From: Octopus sinensis
Lineage: Eukaryota
NCBI RefSeq assembly: GCF_006345805.1
Contig: NC_043003.1
Location: forward strand, 89,714,001-89,778,000
Reading direction: 5' to 3'
Length of the DNA stretch: 64,000 nucleotides
Made by a program: the position numbers and the translations under genes
Shown: piece by piece, positions 50,321 through 64,000 of the stretch
How the letters are laid out: each line of letters starts with the position of its first letter
Position numbering within the stretch: position 1 is the first letter of the stretch
The notes under the pieces: model-generated
Database searches by the model: none
The model's input: only the letters and a program-made list of their open reading frames with translations
Told to the model about the DNA's origin: nothing

Positions 50321-53300
50321 ATTATATAATGGAGAAAGCATATTACATGATTCAAATTGTCTAGTTTAATTCATATGATGTGCTTCCTTATAATTTGGAT
50401 AATTTGAAACTGCACCAACTCAACTTTAAATAACTGAATTTATGTACCATAGAAAAGAATAACTATCAACAGCCTCATAGATGCCAATAGTTGAAAGATT
50501 AATTTTATAAGTTTACTGCTACTTAGATATCACAACTGATTGTGATACGAGGGTGCCAGTTTAGTGAAATACAGGTTGATGCATATCCCATTATTGGTAC
50601 TATGTTGTTGGTACATTTTATATCAATCACTCTTCAGGTTATTGATAGTACCTGAATCAAGACAAAGGCATATAATGTCTGTTTCTTCCTTATATCATAT
50701 CTGGAGAAGACAAATAAAACATAGACAGATTTATCCAGATCTAGTTTTCTATTTTCAGACTGTGCCAAAGTTTATAGACAGGTATAGTTGTGTGGTTAAG
50801 AAGCTTGCATCCCAACTGTGTGGTCTCAAGTTCAGTCTCCTGTGCAGCACCTTGGGCAAGTGCCTTCTACCATAGTCTTGGGCTGACCAAAACCTTGTGA
50901 GTGGATTTGGTAGATGGAAACTAAAAGAAACCCATCATGTGTATATATTACAGTTGTAAGGCACAAATAAAGGTTGCACTTACCTTGAGATGCAATTGGC
51001 AACAATCCCTCCAAGCATAAGGTCACTGGAACCAGCAAAACTTAACAGTTATATTCACACAAGCCTCCTACCCAAGCTCTAGCCAGAAAGAACTACTACT
51101 CCAAGATTGTTCTCAAACACATTTGTCACAACACACCAAAGAAGAGTCTTGAACCTGTTGCTTCTTGAAGTGTGTGTGTGTGTGCGTACCCTTGCCTTGA
51201 TATCACGTGATGGCTGTAAATGAGTATAACCATCATAAGAATGATGTTCATTTTTAGTCTTCTGTGAACACGTGTTTGCTAAGGGGCAGATTATTACTTT
51301 GTTTTCGTGAGAGCTGGCAAGAGGAAGGGTGTCAGGCCATGCAAACATAGACATTAAATGAAATGATGAAAGTGAATTGCTAACAGATGGGAAAAATGCA
51401 GTCTTTTATCGTTTTATTTATTTGAATTTCAAGCATAGAATATAAGGAAAGGAAGAATAAGTTGTATGTCATTGTGATTTAAAGAATTTCTGTAATGTAG
51501 AGAGAAGTACAAGTCACAGCATTTGGGACGTCATAAATACAATTACAACTAGGTTATACTCCAGTAACCAATAAGAAGTGTATGATTGTTGAATTGGAAT
51601 AGTAAAATTAAAATGTTTTATCAGAGACACTGGACAAAATCATTCATGGGTCTTTAACTTTTCTGCATAGCCACCAACAATTCCCATACTCTTTGGAATA
51701 GAGCATAGGCAATTTTTAGAAAGAAAAAATACAACTATTCAAAAAGAATAACTAAAAATGGATATGTGACTACAAACATGAGTTAGCAATCATGCTAGGC
51801 ATGTATAACAGTTTGGATGTTCTTGATATGAAAAGATTTTAAAATACTCCATGTATTCATGTAAAACTCTTTTTGCACAATCTTTAAAATTAGAAAATTC
51901 TTTATTGTTATTTTGTTTTTTAATTGCTCCAGCTTATGTTTACAGGTTACTTTGAAATTATGGCATTATTCCTGTCTAGTAAGCATGTAGACAGAAAATT
52001 TCACTGTTAAATATATATTAAAAAAATAGTGTTGTTAAAATACAGCAATTTACAAAACCAGAAATAACACATTTTCGTTGCTGTTTATATCATGTATCCT
52101 TTACACACACACACACACATTATATACACACTCACACACATACCATATCATGTTACCATGGGTTCTGAAAATTCTTACATTATGGGGAATTTTAAAGCAG
52201 CTCAGCTTCTACTGTATTATCTCAGAACACAATATTCTGAACCTGTGACCTTGATTGATTGGCTACTGGAACCTTTTCCCATTAACATTATTGGCTACTG
52301 TAAGCTCTTCCATTAAGAGATCATACTGCACAAACATATTTTAAAGGAAAACATAAATGGAACTAATACTGACAGTAATATAAGAATGTATTCTTCTATG
52401 GCTGCTGGCTTCAATCACTGGACTGCAGCCATGCAATCCAATATTTATAGAAACCCTCAAGGCATTTTTGTTGAGCATATCAACCCAATTACTTATTTTA
52501 TTGATCTTCAACAATCATAAAAGGGTGTAACTTGACACTGGTCAACAATAAAAACAGACATAGTCATAGATATACATATACACACACACATAGACGTTTG
52601 TATATAAATAACGGGCTCTCATATGGTCTCCACTAATTAAATTTCATTTAGAAGGCAATGACCAGCCCGAGGTTATGTTAGAAGACATTTGCCCAAGATG
52701 ATGCATAGTGAAATTGAATCTGGAACCATGTGGTTGTGAAGCAAACTTTTTAATCACATAGCTATGCATGTAGCCCAGGAAATACATTTAGTAAGAAGAT
52801 AAGACAGTTGTATTTTCATTAGAAGTAGCCAATATGCTTAAAGTATGTGATAAGTGAGATTTAATTATAGAAAACAAAGGCTTAACATAGAATATATCAA
52901 AGAATGCATCTAGAGACTAAGTGGAAAAGTGAGAATAGATATAGTGGCCTAAGAAGAATGTACCTGGATGTTTAAATGAATGCACAATGATGCTAAAGCA
53001 CATCAGATAACTTCTCAAAGAGACCCTACAATCTACACACAGACAGACTAAATATTAAATGTTCGAATATATTTCAAACCTCAACAACTACTAAACTAGC
53101 ATTAAAATATAGCTCATATCTAAAAGAGTGCATGTACCAGAGACACATTCTAGAGTTGCTAGATAATGCAAACCTGTATGAAGATAATCAGGAAAAAATG
53201 TTTTAAATGCTAAGGTTTTCTAGATAAATTAACAATCTACTTATATTACTAATAATTTTACATTATTCAACAGAATCGTTTGATTTTCTTAAATCTATCA

Positions 53301-55672
53301 ATTAAACATTGTGACCTAAATATCTGATCATCTGATCAAAATAATATGTTTTCCAATTGAGAAACTTGACAATTAGAGCTGTTTCTAAACATGAAATAAA
53401 AAAAAAAGTGAAATCAGCAAATCATAATATAAACTGAAAACATTGAACAAATAAAATTCTGAAATGTGTAAAAAAAAATACTGAAGCAAGTAATAAAAAA
53501 TTTGAAAAAACAGTTTTTTAAAATCTGATATTTAAGAAAATCTAGAAACAGTTTGCAAACTTATCACTCTTTTTCAGAGGTAAATTGATAAAAAAAAAAA
53601 AAAAAAATGTCTAATCAAGTGCAAAAAATGTCTTCTTCAATATCCAGAATAAATATTTTAAGTGGAGACTAACATTGACATGGGGACAACTGTAACAATG
53701 TAAAACTAAAACACAAAAATGGTGAGTTATACTGATGCATATGATCATGCATACAGACTTAACTCATCAATCAACAATGTATCCTCCCCAGAACTGAAAA
53801 ACAGAATAGTTACAAAAATTGTACAATGTGAATTATACTGTACAATTTCATTGTACTAATTATCTATATATCAAAATTTATGCAAGTAATGAGTTAATTG
53901 ATGTTAAACCCAGGTGAGAAGTAATCTCAGTACTCAGCAGCCAGCTCCTAACGAAATACCTCAAAATTGATACAAAATGAAAAGAAACAAAAGGAGCTGG
54001 GACCTGACTGAGGTGAGTGGTGAATAAATAAAGGTTAAAAAAAAAAAAGATTCAAATATCTTGAAACAAAGAGTTATAGGAAAGGTAGTGAACATTAGTT
54101 AATGCTCATTAATCAATTATAGGGAAAGTAATGACATTGGTTAATATTTACCTCTATTATATACAATTTAATAATACAAAATATACAACACCAACTTTCA
54201 AGACACTGATGGTCTGCAACCTCTTATAGTCCTCACTAATTTATGAGCAGGAACTTCAACTTCCTGTAGCTGCCAGACTAGTTAGCAGGAATCTTGCCTA
54301 GTACAGTATAAATTAGTATCATTTATACTAATGTACTTGTATTTCATTTAATTAAGCAAATTTAATATTTACTTAATTTAGAGTGTGATATGTAAAAATC
54401 TGTAATCCTGAATGGTTCTGGAAGGAAAGGTTCTAGGAAATAGAAGTTGTACCTACACCTATATTTTAGGTAATATACACTGTAGAATGTACTACAGCAA
54501 GAAACATTTGGATGTATTATTCAAATAATAGAAAATACTAAAATTAATAAAAAATAAATAATACTATTGTTCATTTTATGCCTCTCTTTTTTTTTTCATG
54601 CTTGCATGGGTTAGATGAATATGATATTGAGGCTCCATTTTACAGTTGAATGCCCTTCTGCTTGCTACTTACCTGTTTTACATGTAATCTGACATGGTTT
54701 CAAAGGCATAAAGCAAGTGAATTTGTTGACAAGAGAACTGACATCAACAACATTGCCTGTATTTTGCAAGTTTCATACATCATAAAAACAAACACACACA
54801 CATACATATATATGGTAGTCTTCTTTCAGTTTCCCTCTTCCGAAGCTATACAGAAGGGCCATAGTAGAAGACACTTACCAAAAGTGTTGCACAGTGAGAC
54901 TGAACTAGAAAGCGTATGGCTATGAAGTGAACTTCTTAACTACACAGCCATGCCTACATCTGTAACAAAAGCTTGAGTAGTTAAAAAGGATGAAGAGTGA
55001 TCGGAGGGGGGGGGGTAAATGAAGATTATTTGATAGGGCATAATTGCTAAAAATAAAAGTTCTTTCAGTACATTTATTCTTTAATTATTATATTTAATGT
55101 ATTTCCTTTTATATTTGTTACAATTCTAAAATGACAGCATGACTTTCAACATGTCAGATATCTACACACACACACACACACATCATTGGGATTTACTAGT
55201 CTACCAATTGAAAGATTTCTATTTTTAATCTACTATAGGCATTGCATTCAGTGAAAAAGATGTTTTATTTTCAATAATATTGTCCATTTAGACCTAACTG
55301 GATATCAGGGAATACAAGTTATTACTTTATAAATAGCAGGCCAGTCCATGAATGTTTTATTATATACATTCTATAATTTTCAAAGATAAATGTTACATAT
55401 TATGTAATTTTTATATATAAAAGTTATACATTCCATAATTTTTAAATATAAAAGTCATATATTCAAAAAGTTTGTTATATTCTAATTATGTTTCACCAGC
55501 TTTTGTTGCGCTAAAATCCTCAAATGGACCTAGACAAAGAAAGTGCTAAAAAATAAATGGCTACTCAAAAATATCTTTCTTTGATTTAGAGCATGAAGAT
55601 GAAATTATCAGTTTTCCAGTGACCTTAAAGTGATATGAGGCATTACATTTATTTATTTTTTTTATTAGTTAA

Positions 55673-55893
55673 CCCTTTCATTACCGTATTTATTTTGAGA
55701 TGCTCTATGTTTCTTTCAATTATTTTAAATATTACAAAGAATTTAGTAAAATAACTTAGTTATCAATCAGCTAGTGTTAGGAACATAAATTGTAACTAAG
55801 GTTTGGTGGAAGATTTTAATTCAAAACTTATGAAAACAAGACATTTGGACTACAGAACCAGAGCCGGTTTCAGCCAGGTTGGTAACGAAAGGA
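55673..55893. mobile_element. piggyBac-like MITE (family A), inverted relative to 38366-38585
   Basis: TTAA|CCCTTTCATTAC..GTAACGAAAGGA|TTAA; internal sequence is the reverse complement of the 38.4-kb copy. Confidence 0.85.
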
Positions 55894-57310
55894 TTAAAGA
55901 GATTCAAATAAATGGTTAAGTCATCCCTGGTTTGTTTGCTACTATCTTATTAGAACACAGGCACAAGTGTACAGATGATTATTTTCTCCTTTCTACCATA
56001 CAAAGTCTATTCTCACTCAATATCAATAAAATTATTGAATTAATCACTGAGCCATAGAAGTGACAGAAATAACATTGACAAAGTCACAACATAAGAGCTT
56101 CAGCCATGAATCAGGTAGAGGCCAGCCCTTATTTTTGAGTTTACTACTGCAAGCTAGGCACAAGTAAAATATGGCTAAATGGTTAAGAAGTTTGTTTTGC
56201 AATCAAGAGGTCCTAGGTTCGATCTCACTATATAGCATCATCCATTATAGCCCCAGATTGAGCCAAGCCTTGTTAGTGAAACTAGGAACTGTGTGGAAGC
56301 CCACTGGAAAGATTGTAACTGTAATTCAAGATTAACAGCCCAATACCCAATCAACTTTTCCAGCAGTAATAATCATAATATTAAAAAAAAAAAAATTACG
56401 AGTATGGTATCTTTGTATTTCTAGTTTAAAGGTTAGATGCAGAAGATCCCTCAAAGCCCAAATTGGATTCATTAGCCACCTTCAAGTGCACCAACAATCC
56501 AACATGGACTAGAATGATCATCATCCTCTGAAGAAAGAAGGATAACTACAAAAACCCAATCAACTTTTCCAGCTGTAATTTTAAGATTTCGTCTAATAAG
56601 AATAATAGTAAAAAAATTATGAGTTAGGTGTCTTTTTATCTTTAGTTTAAGGTTGGAAGTAGGTTTTGTTGATAGCAATATTTCTAACATGAAGATAATA
56701 TAATGTTAAATTATATTATGTAATATGTTAAATTAACATGCTTAAGTGCATGTGTGTGTGTGGTTGTATATAATCATTGTTTTGTACGTCTACTTTTTCC
56801 ATGTTAGCATCGATCAGATAAAATTTTGGAAGGCAGTAAGGCCAGATTCCCTTTCTGACACCAATCTTTAATTATTTTCAAGTAAGATCACTTATTCCAC
56901 TAGTTTTTCCATCTCAAACCACAAAGAAGCAGTATAGAGAATCTATATGGAGTATAAACAAATGCCAATGATGTCTAAATATGGTCAATGACACAGGGAT
57001 CACACACACAGGACTGGCTTTTGCACATTTTCCATCTACCAAATTTTATGCACGTAGCTTTGGTCAATCCAAGGTGTCATGCAGTAGGATTAAATCTGAA
57101 AGTACTTTGTTGTGAAGTGAAGCTCTTAAACACTCAACTATACCCGTTTCAAACACACACAAATAAGTTCTGGCATAGGTGTGTGGTTAAGAAGTTTGCT
57201 TCCCAGCCATATAGCTTCAGGATCGAATTACACTGTGGCATTTTAGGCAAGACATGTCTTCTCCTACAGCTTTGGGTTGACCAATGACATGTGAGTGGAT
57301 TTAGCAGAAA

Positions 57311-57312
<2 letters not shown>

Positions 57313-57346
<34 letters not shown>

Positions 57347-57490
57347 TATATATATACACACATATATATATATACACACACACACATACATACATATATA
57401 TTTATATACACACACACACATACATATATATTTATATACACACACACACATACATACATATATATATACATACACACACATACATACATT
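57313..57490. repeat. Compound (TA)n/(CA)n microsatellite within a SINE
   Basis: Seen directly; SINE head at ~57170-57305. Confidence 0.95.
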
Positions 57491-59889
57491 ATGTCATAGA
57501 TGTAAATAAGTATCACCATCACAGAAGTGATGTCATTTATTTCCAATCTTACCTAAAAACATGCCTGGTCAAAGCAAAATATAACTGTGCTTGGAAACAG
57601 TTGGAGGCTGATGACAGGAAGGCATCTGGCCATAGAAAATCTGCTTCAAAGAATTCTGCCTGACCCATGCAAGTATGGAAAAGTGGATGTTAAAACAATG
57701 ATGATAAACAAAAGCTCTTCCTACTTTGTAAGTAGGTTATTTTGCCAAACATATTGTGGTACTGCCAAACCCAAAACAAAATACATCTGCTCTAGCACTG
57801 AGATAGCCATCTGCAGGTTTGTGGGTGGCCTATAAGTCTAGGACCATGCAATACATACACATAGTCAAGGAATTGTAAGCAGAATGATAATGTATATTGT
57901 TTTAGCATATGCAGTGCAGTTTAAGACAGTATTTTTCTGATTCTCATCTGTAGAAAATTTATGAAAATCTTTGTTTAGCAAAAAGAAAACACTGAATGAA
58001 ATAATAACCCATGCTGATCATGTAAAACAATCAATCACTTCCTCTTACATGTGCATACACTATTACATGCTGGATACTTCTTCAATAGTTGCTTTGTAAC
58101 TTTCAACAATGTACAGCAGATGTTTGTTGTTGCAAAAGAGACAAGTTAACCTTACACATCCTATAAATTACACAGCCAAATCTTCAAGTTGAAGGTCCTA
58201 CCTGAAATGTCAGACCTGGCCTTCCCCAAAGCCAACTAACTTATTCTCACTTTGTAACCATTTTGCTTTTACTATTTGTCAATGCAGACCACCATTGGTT
58301 ACTTCAGATTCTATTGTATTGTTTTACTTTCAAACCTTCTTCAAAATATTGGTTCGTTCTCACATCATTTTTAAAAAACTGATTAAGTTATCACAATAAA
58401 AGATTTCAGCGATTTCAAAGATGGAATCTTTATTAATAAATCAATCATCTTCATAACAATCACTACTTGTAAGTAAAGTTGTTGAATCCAATTTTCTTTT
58501 AGAATGGTTTCACTTTATTTACAGTATTACTTTATTTGGAAAAGGCATGAAAAGCACTTAATTCCATATTTTTAAAATCAATTTCAGGTCCTATACCTTC
58601 AGAAAAGAAATACTATTATATTATAAATGGTAAAAAGTTCAAGTAAGTACTGTAGTGCTGAAGATATGCCTCCAGCAGACGGAACCTAGAATCTAGTCAA
58701 GAGAAGCTATTTCACTTCCATTCTGTGAGTAATGTTTAACACAATTCTCATGACTACTGGGAGAGGACAATGAGAAACCACTTGATCATATCTTTCAAAG
58801 TAAACAGCAACAGTGTGCCATTGTAATAATATACATCTAAGGCTGGTTATGTAACTTAAATATATTTCAAAAGTTATACATATTTGAGTAAATAGAAGGG
58901 TAAATAATGTAATAATACTTCAGCAGTGGTATTTCATATAGGGGTTGGATGAAAATATGACAGATGGGCTAAATCTCAAGGTGTCGATGGTAATTTGTTG
59001 CAACAAAATAGCTCAACTTGTGTGAACCAAATATTTTGTTTGCAACTGCTTTTTTTTTCATCAACAATATTCTTTAACTTTTTAAGGAATTGACTCAAAT
59101 AGTGTTTTAAATTGTAAGAGTAAGGAAAATAAGAGAAACATTTAAATCATTAAAATTAATACTTCAGCCCAATGATTAAAAGGCTGCTAAATTTTCATAT
59201 TTCCAAGTCAGTATTAAAGTCTTAACTATCCAATATCTTTATCACAATTATCACAGTCATGTGAAAAGCAATAGGAAGATATGATCTCAATGAATCAGAT
59301 CTCTGGATCATATGCTCTCGTTATCATTTGGAGCAGGTTTATTTGTGCTGCTGAAATCCAAGAAAATGCATGAAAATTACAACCCTATTTGTATTCTCCC
59401 ATAAATCTCAGGTTTCACATCTATGTAAAATATAAGTTCGACCTTATATAGTTGCTCTAAGATGTACACAGACACACACAAAACAAACACACAAGCAATA
59501 TATGTGTATCTCTGAATATAAAAATGTTAATATTTTAAAATTACAAACACTCCCAATCTCTGGCCCATGGATGTACAAATCATTTTCCACTACCTTTTTA
59601 ACTATTACTACAGAAACCACTATCCCATGGAGATGGCTGGTCTTATGACACCTCTACTCAGGCACTCCCAAACCCTTTATCTCTCTGCACCTCTTCACCC
59701 ATATTATATCCACCCACTAGGATCCTCACTAACCACTATACCTAGTCCTTTCTTTCCCAGAGTGTCACTCTCTGGATTTCTCTCCCTGCACATGTTAACT
59801 TCTAAGGGTTTAGTTGAAGATCAATGGCATTAATCTTTGAGACTTTGCAAACACTTGGGCATGGTCTTCTCTTTCAGAAAAAAAACGTA

Positions 59890-60105
59890 TTAACCCATTA
59901 GCACTCAGATTATTCTGTCAAATGTAATGCTTCTTTATATATTTGTTTTGAATTAATTATGCATTGTCTATAGCTTCAAGATTTTGATGATACGACAGCT
60001 TACTTTTAGAATGTAGGGTAGATGTGAAAGGCCAGATCTAGTCAGTTTGAATATAAAACAGAATATTTGGGCCAGATATGGCTAGTTTAAATGCCAAAGG
60101 GTTAA
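59890..60105. mobile_element. TTAA-type MITE (family B)
   Basis: TTAACCCATTAGCA..TGCCAAAGGGTTAA. Confidence 0.7.
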
Positions 60106-63062
60106 ACAAAGTTTTGATAAAACAAGCAAATTTTGGAAAAAGTTTTATCAACAGAGGACTGCCTACATTATAAGTCTAAGTCCATGATCAACCACAAAGT
60201 GATTGAACATACCTTGATACATTAAATGTACATGAAGAGTCCATAGGGAAAGTGAGCTTGAGTTTTTTAATGCAATTCACTAACAAACTGTGTGTATGTT
60301 TCTCAACTCATAAGATAATTTTACTCAGTTACATTTGATATTTCACAATTCAATGAGTGTGATTAGGAGGAAAAAAGTATCTGACATACTTCTAGCTAGG
60401 ATTAACAGCATGTCTTATGAAATCAGCCATTACTGTACAACAATTTCTATTTGTATAAATTATGCTAAGATAAAAAGGGTCTGCAAATGTCAAAGGCACA
60501 ACAGCTTCCACCAGACCAATCCAATTAAAGACAAAAAAAAAAAAACTAGTACCAGTTGTGTGTGTTGATAAACAAGTTAAATCTAAAAAAAAATATTAAG
60601 TAGCTCTTCAATTCTAATTATATAAAAAAAATTTTATATACTCATTTTTTTTTATGCCTGATTCATAAGAAATTAAGCCTAAGAAATTTTTTGATATTTT
60701 TCATTTAACAGTAAACTTAACATTTGTATTAACAAAAATTGAGATATTTTTTCCCATTTGTCCAGGACTTTGTAAAAGGCTCCTGCAATTTTCTGCTAAT
60801 CCATTATCCTAGTCACAGTTCTACTGACTGTAAAATCTCTATTGTATTACTGCCTGCAGTGCTCCTAATATTGAATTTTATCTTGGGGAAGTAATGTTCA
60901 TTATTGGGACTTTTCAGCACAACATAGTTCTTTAAAGTAAAGACATTTACAAAATTATGGAAAGAGCCTGCAATTGAAGTGGTCTTTATAACTTGCATTA
61001 CTGATCACTGACAAGACCCACATCAATAATACAGGGGACTGTATTATATAGATGACCATTAAAAACATCTGAGCAGATCTGTTAACTTCAGACTAAGAAT
61101 AAAACTTGTGAAATCAAAGAGTATTAACTACTCAAAAATTTTCTTTACAAGGAAGAATTCTGACAGAAAGGCAACATGTCCTAATATCATGCTTATGTAA
61201 AATAAATTCTACTAAATTTTAGCCTTAAAAAAATTCTCAAATAACACTTAATATCTATTCAAAAATATAATTTATTTATAACAATTTTTTACTTTGATAT
61301 TTAAAAAGCATTTCAATTAACCATTCTACCCTCATTCAAAACCCAACTCAATTGGTTAGTGATAGACTAAAATTTTTTTTTCTCCAGATGTTAATTATAA
61401 TTTATTCAGTTCATGAACATGTGGCAAGTTTTCCTGACTTCAAAGAATTATGTACCAGCATTTCCTTAAAACACCATTCTAGTTAATGAAATCAGTTAGA
61501 GCAGATAGAAAATTTTCTCAGATGAAAGTATTTCACCAATCAATCTTAAGTAAAACAGTCAAAACACAGAGTTTTATAGAATCAGCTCAAAGATGAAAGT
61601 TGCAAACTTGAAATAACATCAACACATAAAAACTGTAAAGTAACAGTTCTTTTTCATTTTTTTTTTAAAGCAAATGTTAAACAATGAAACATCAAGAATG
61701 CCAATCTTGGTCTAAAGATTATATTTGAATCAGGGTGAAAACAAGCTAGGAATATTGCTTAGCTATTGATAGTTGAGAAAGTCAAATAGTTTTACTGATG
61801 TATTTTTGGCCACAAAGTAAATAAACTGACAATTACTTGGGAAAAAAAAGAAGACAAGTTTTATTTTGGTAAACTAACGAAATAAAGTGAAACAAACGGT
61901 GCAACCACATGAAAAAAAAAAAAATTCTGTCTGTTGTTCATTTTCTTTTTTCAAAAAGCTGAGTGCTTCAAGTTTTGGGTAACATACTTTGTGAGTACAA
62001 ACTTCATTAACATTGAACACAAGGTAAGACATGTTTCTTATTTAAGCCAACATAATAACTAAAAATATGTAAATTTAATTTCTTTGTTAATTGGATGGCA
62101 TTAAGAACAGCAATAAACATGTAAAATATTTGCTCCCATGATTCTGAATTTGCATAATCATTTCAGCAAGGACAACTGGTGCTTTTCAAATATCATGGTA
62201 ACCAAAGATTCCATAGTAAGTTACTTTAGTTTCATGTTGCTACTAGTCAAAGTTTAACAGAATACCAACACAAAGTAACTCACTGTGAAGTCTTGACTTA
62301 AAAAAGTAAAAAATTGTATTAAGCATGTTTTTCTCAAATTTGCAAATGCACTTTCTATTTTTATATATACATTTCTCCATACACGCACACTTAATTATTT
62401 CTCCATACACACATACTTAATTACCATAAAGAACCCGTACCACATTTTAATTGGAAGCTGGAATTCTATTCAATAAAAGAAATAAGAGTACAACATTTTT
62501 GCTTTTTTTCCTAAAAAAAAAAAAGATGCAAATATTTTAAATGACATCAAAATTTAACAATTTATATTGATAAAAGAATAGAATTTCAGCCTCTGAACTT
62601 TGATTACAAATAGAATTTTAAATTACAACCAGAAATACTTCAAAGTTGTCACATTTTAAGTGCAAGAATCTTATAAGTTATCACAGTTGAAATTTTGGTT
62701 GAAATCATAAAGTGTAAAAAAAGAAAAATCATAAATTTGGTGGAAGAAAGAAAAAAAACTTTAAAATATATTATTTACAAACTTCTTGCAAATAATAATA
62801 ACAGATTTGAAATTCTAAACAGACTCCTTAATCTTCCAAAAAGAAAAGAAAAGAAAAAGAAAATTTTAAAAATGGGAGAAGCAATTCTATAAGTCTTCTT
62901 ACACAGTTTCTTTTCATGGTGTGTTGTATATTCTGATTGATAAGGCAACTGGAGAATAAAATGGAAACAGATTCTTGTTCACTTTTGGAAAGATTGGTAA
63001 TGTAATGAAAGGCATCGAAAATTTCAATGTTGAAAGGGGACAAAAATAGAGTGAATCTCCAA

Positions 63063-63185
63063 ATATATATATGCATACATACATACATACATATATATAC
63101 ATACATACATATATATATATATACATACATACATATATATACATACATACATATATATATACACATACATACATATATACATACA

Positions 63186-63237
<52 letters not shown>

Positions 63238-63244
63238 CATAAAT

Positions 63245-63286
<42 letters not shown>

Positions 63287-63295
63287 ATATATACA
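63063..63295. repeat. Compound (TACA)n/(TA)n/(CA)n microsatellite
   Basis: Seen directly. Confidence 0.97.
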
Positions 63296-63539
63296 CAATC
63301 TATTAGTGAACAATGTTCTGATTACAAATTCATGGAAAGGAGACAGGGGAAAATGTGCACAGGCCTAATACATTGATATTTCTTTAATTGTTTTAAGATA
63401 AATGTTTGTTGAAATGAAGGCTGAAGATGGTTGTATAATATATTGAAGTTTGATCCCCTGTAAATCCAAGAGTATATAAGGGGCAAGATGAATGGTCAGC
63501 AATTAAAAATAGGAATTTAATTTTATGAAGTTGAACTTT

Positions 63540-63643
63540 TTAACAAGCACTGGTAGCAACATAGATTCCTTTCTTCTGTTCAGCATCAATGGCTCGCTTG
63601 ATCTGCATGCACATCTCGGCTAAATTCCCCCCAGGAATGACAG
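63540..63643 (-). CDS. DLG5: Last coding exon of a DLG5-like MAGUK (end of guanylate-kinase-like domain)
   Basis: Long polypyrimidine tract plus ttttAG|, then (A)VIPGGNLAEMCMQIKRAIDAEQKKGIYVATSAC*. This resembles the DLG5 C-terminus as I recall it (GVIQGGALSSICTQILAMVNQEQNKVLWIP). Confidence 0.8.
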
Positions 63644-64000
63644 CTAAAAACAGAAACAGAAGGAAAAAAGAAAAGAAAAAAATGAGAAACAATTAATTTG
63701 TTACAGTTGAAAACAATTATTAGTACTTGAATGAACAGTAATTGTTACCATAACTGGATACACCAAACATAACTATTGTTAAACATGCCAACGTGCTATC
63801 CTTGTTATAGAGTGGCAAATATAAGGCAAAACAGTGTAATATCTCTAAGTATGACTGTAATGAATATTTACAAAGGTTCTGTGCAATTGGTACTTTTCAT
63901 ATTAAGAGGTGCCAGCTGATATTTCACCTAATTGGCTTATATCAGTGCCTAGTAATGAACAGATTTTGCTTAGACAGATCTCTGGTTTAGAGATAGATGA

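Noticed and set aside
57149-57663. Several ORFs rich in Y/I/H/T or C/V/Y (also 62828-63376, 21465-21698, 2155-2532)
   Set aside because: Translations of microsatellites.
58588-58642. Possible + strand small exon (GPIPSEKKYYYIINGKKF), and a similar one at ~51933-51979
   Set aside because: AG/GT-bounded, but no homology and no chain of exons; expected by chance in AT-rich DNA.

Overview
AT-rich, repeat-dense animal genomic DNA. The SINE families, RTE LINEs with (GAT)n tails and microsatellites suggest a coleoid cephalopod, probably Octopus (inference). Host genes: a complete 5-exon cyclophilin A-type PPIase on the minus strand (16612->11267, 170 aa) and the last coding exon of a DLG5-like MAGUK (63643->63540), probably followed by a long 3' UTR. 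A Merlin/ISXO2-type transposase reading frame is bounded by splice sites (1802->1088) and has a degenerate catalytic motif, so it may be a domesticated gene. The rest is nested mobile DNA: Tx1/L1-like LINEs, RTE LINEs (one family has a PHD finger inside ORF2), a Gypsy 3' half with LTR, mariner fragments, a Helitron 3' end, TTAA-flanked MITEs, foldback elements, Penelope-type hammerhead motifs and many SINEs. The most notable item is a 2.36-kb retroposon (18974-21337) with a 16-bp target-site duplication. It encodes only a Tx1-like ORF1 (zinc knuckle, no endonuclease or RT) and shares its 3' terminal motif with a neighbouring Tx1, so it looks like a 'half-LINE' (HAL1-like) family. A second copy has its whole 5' half inverted, in twin-priming geometry.
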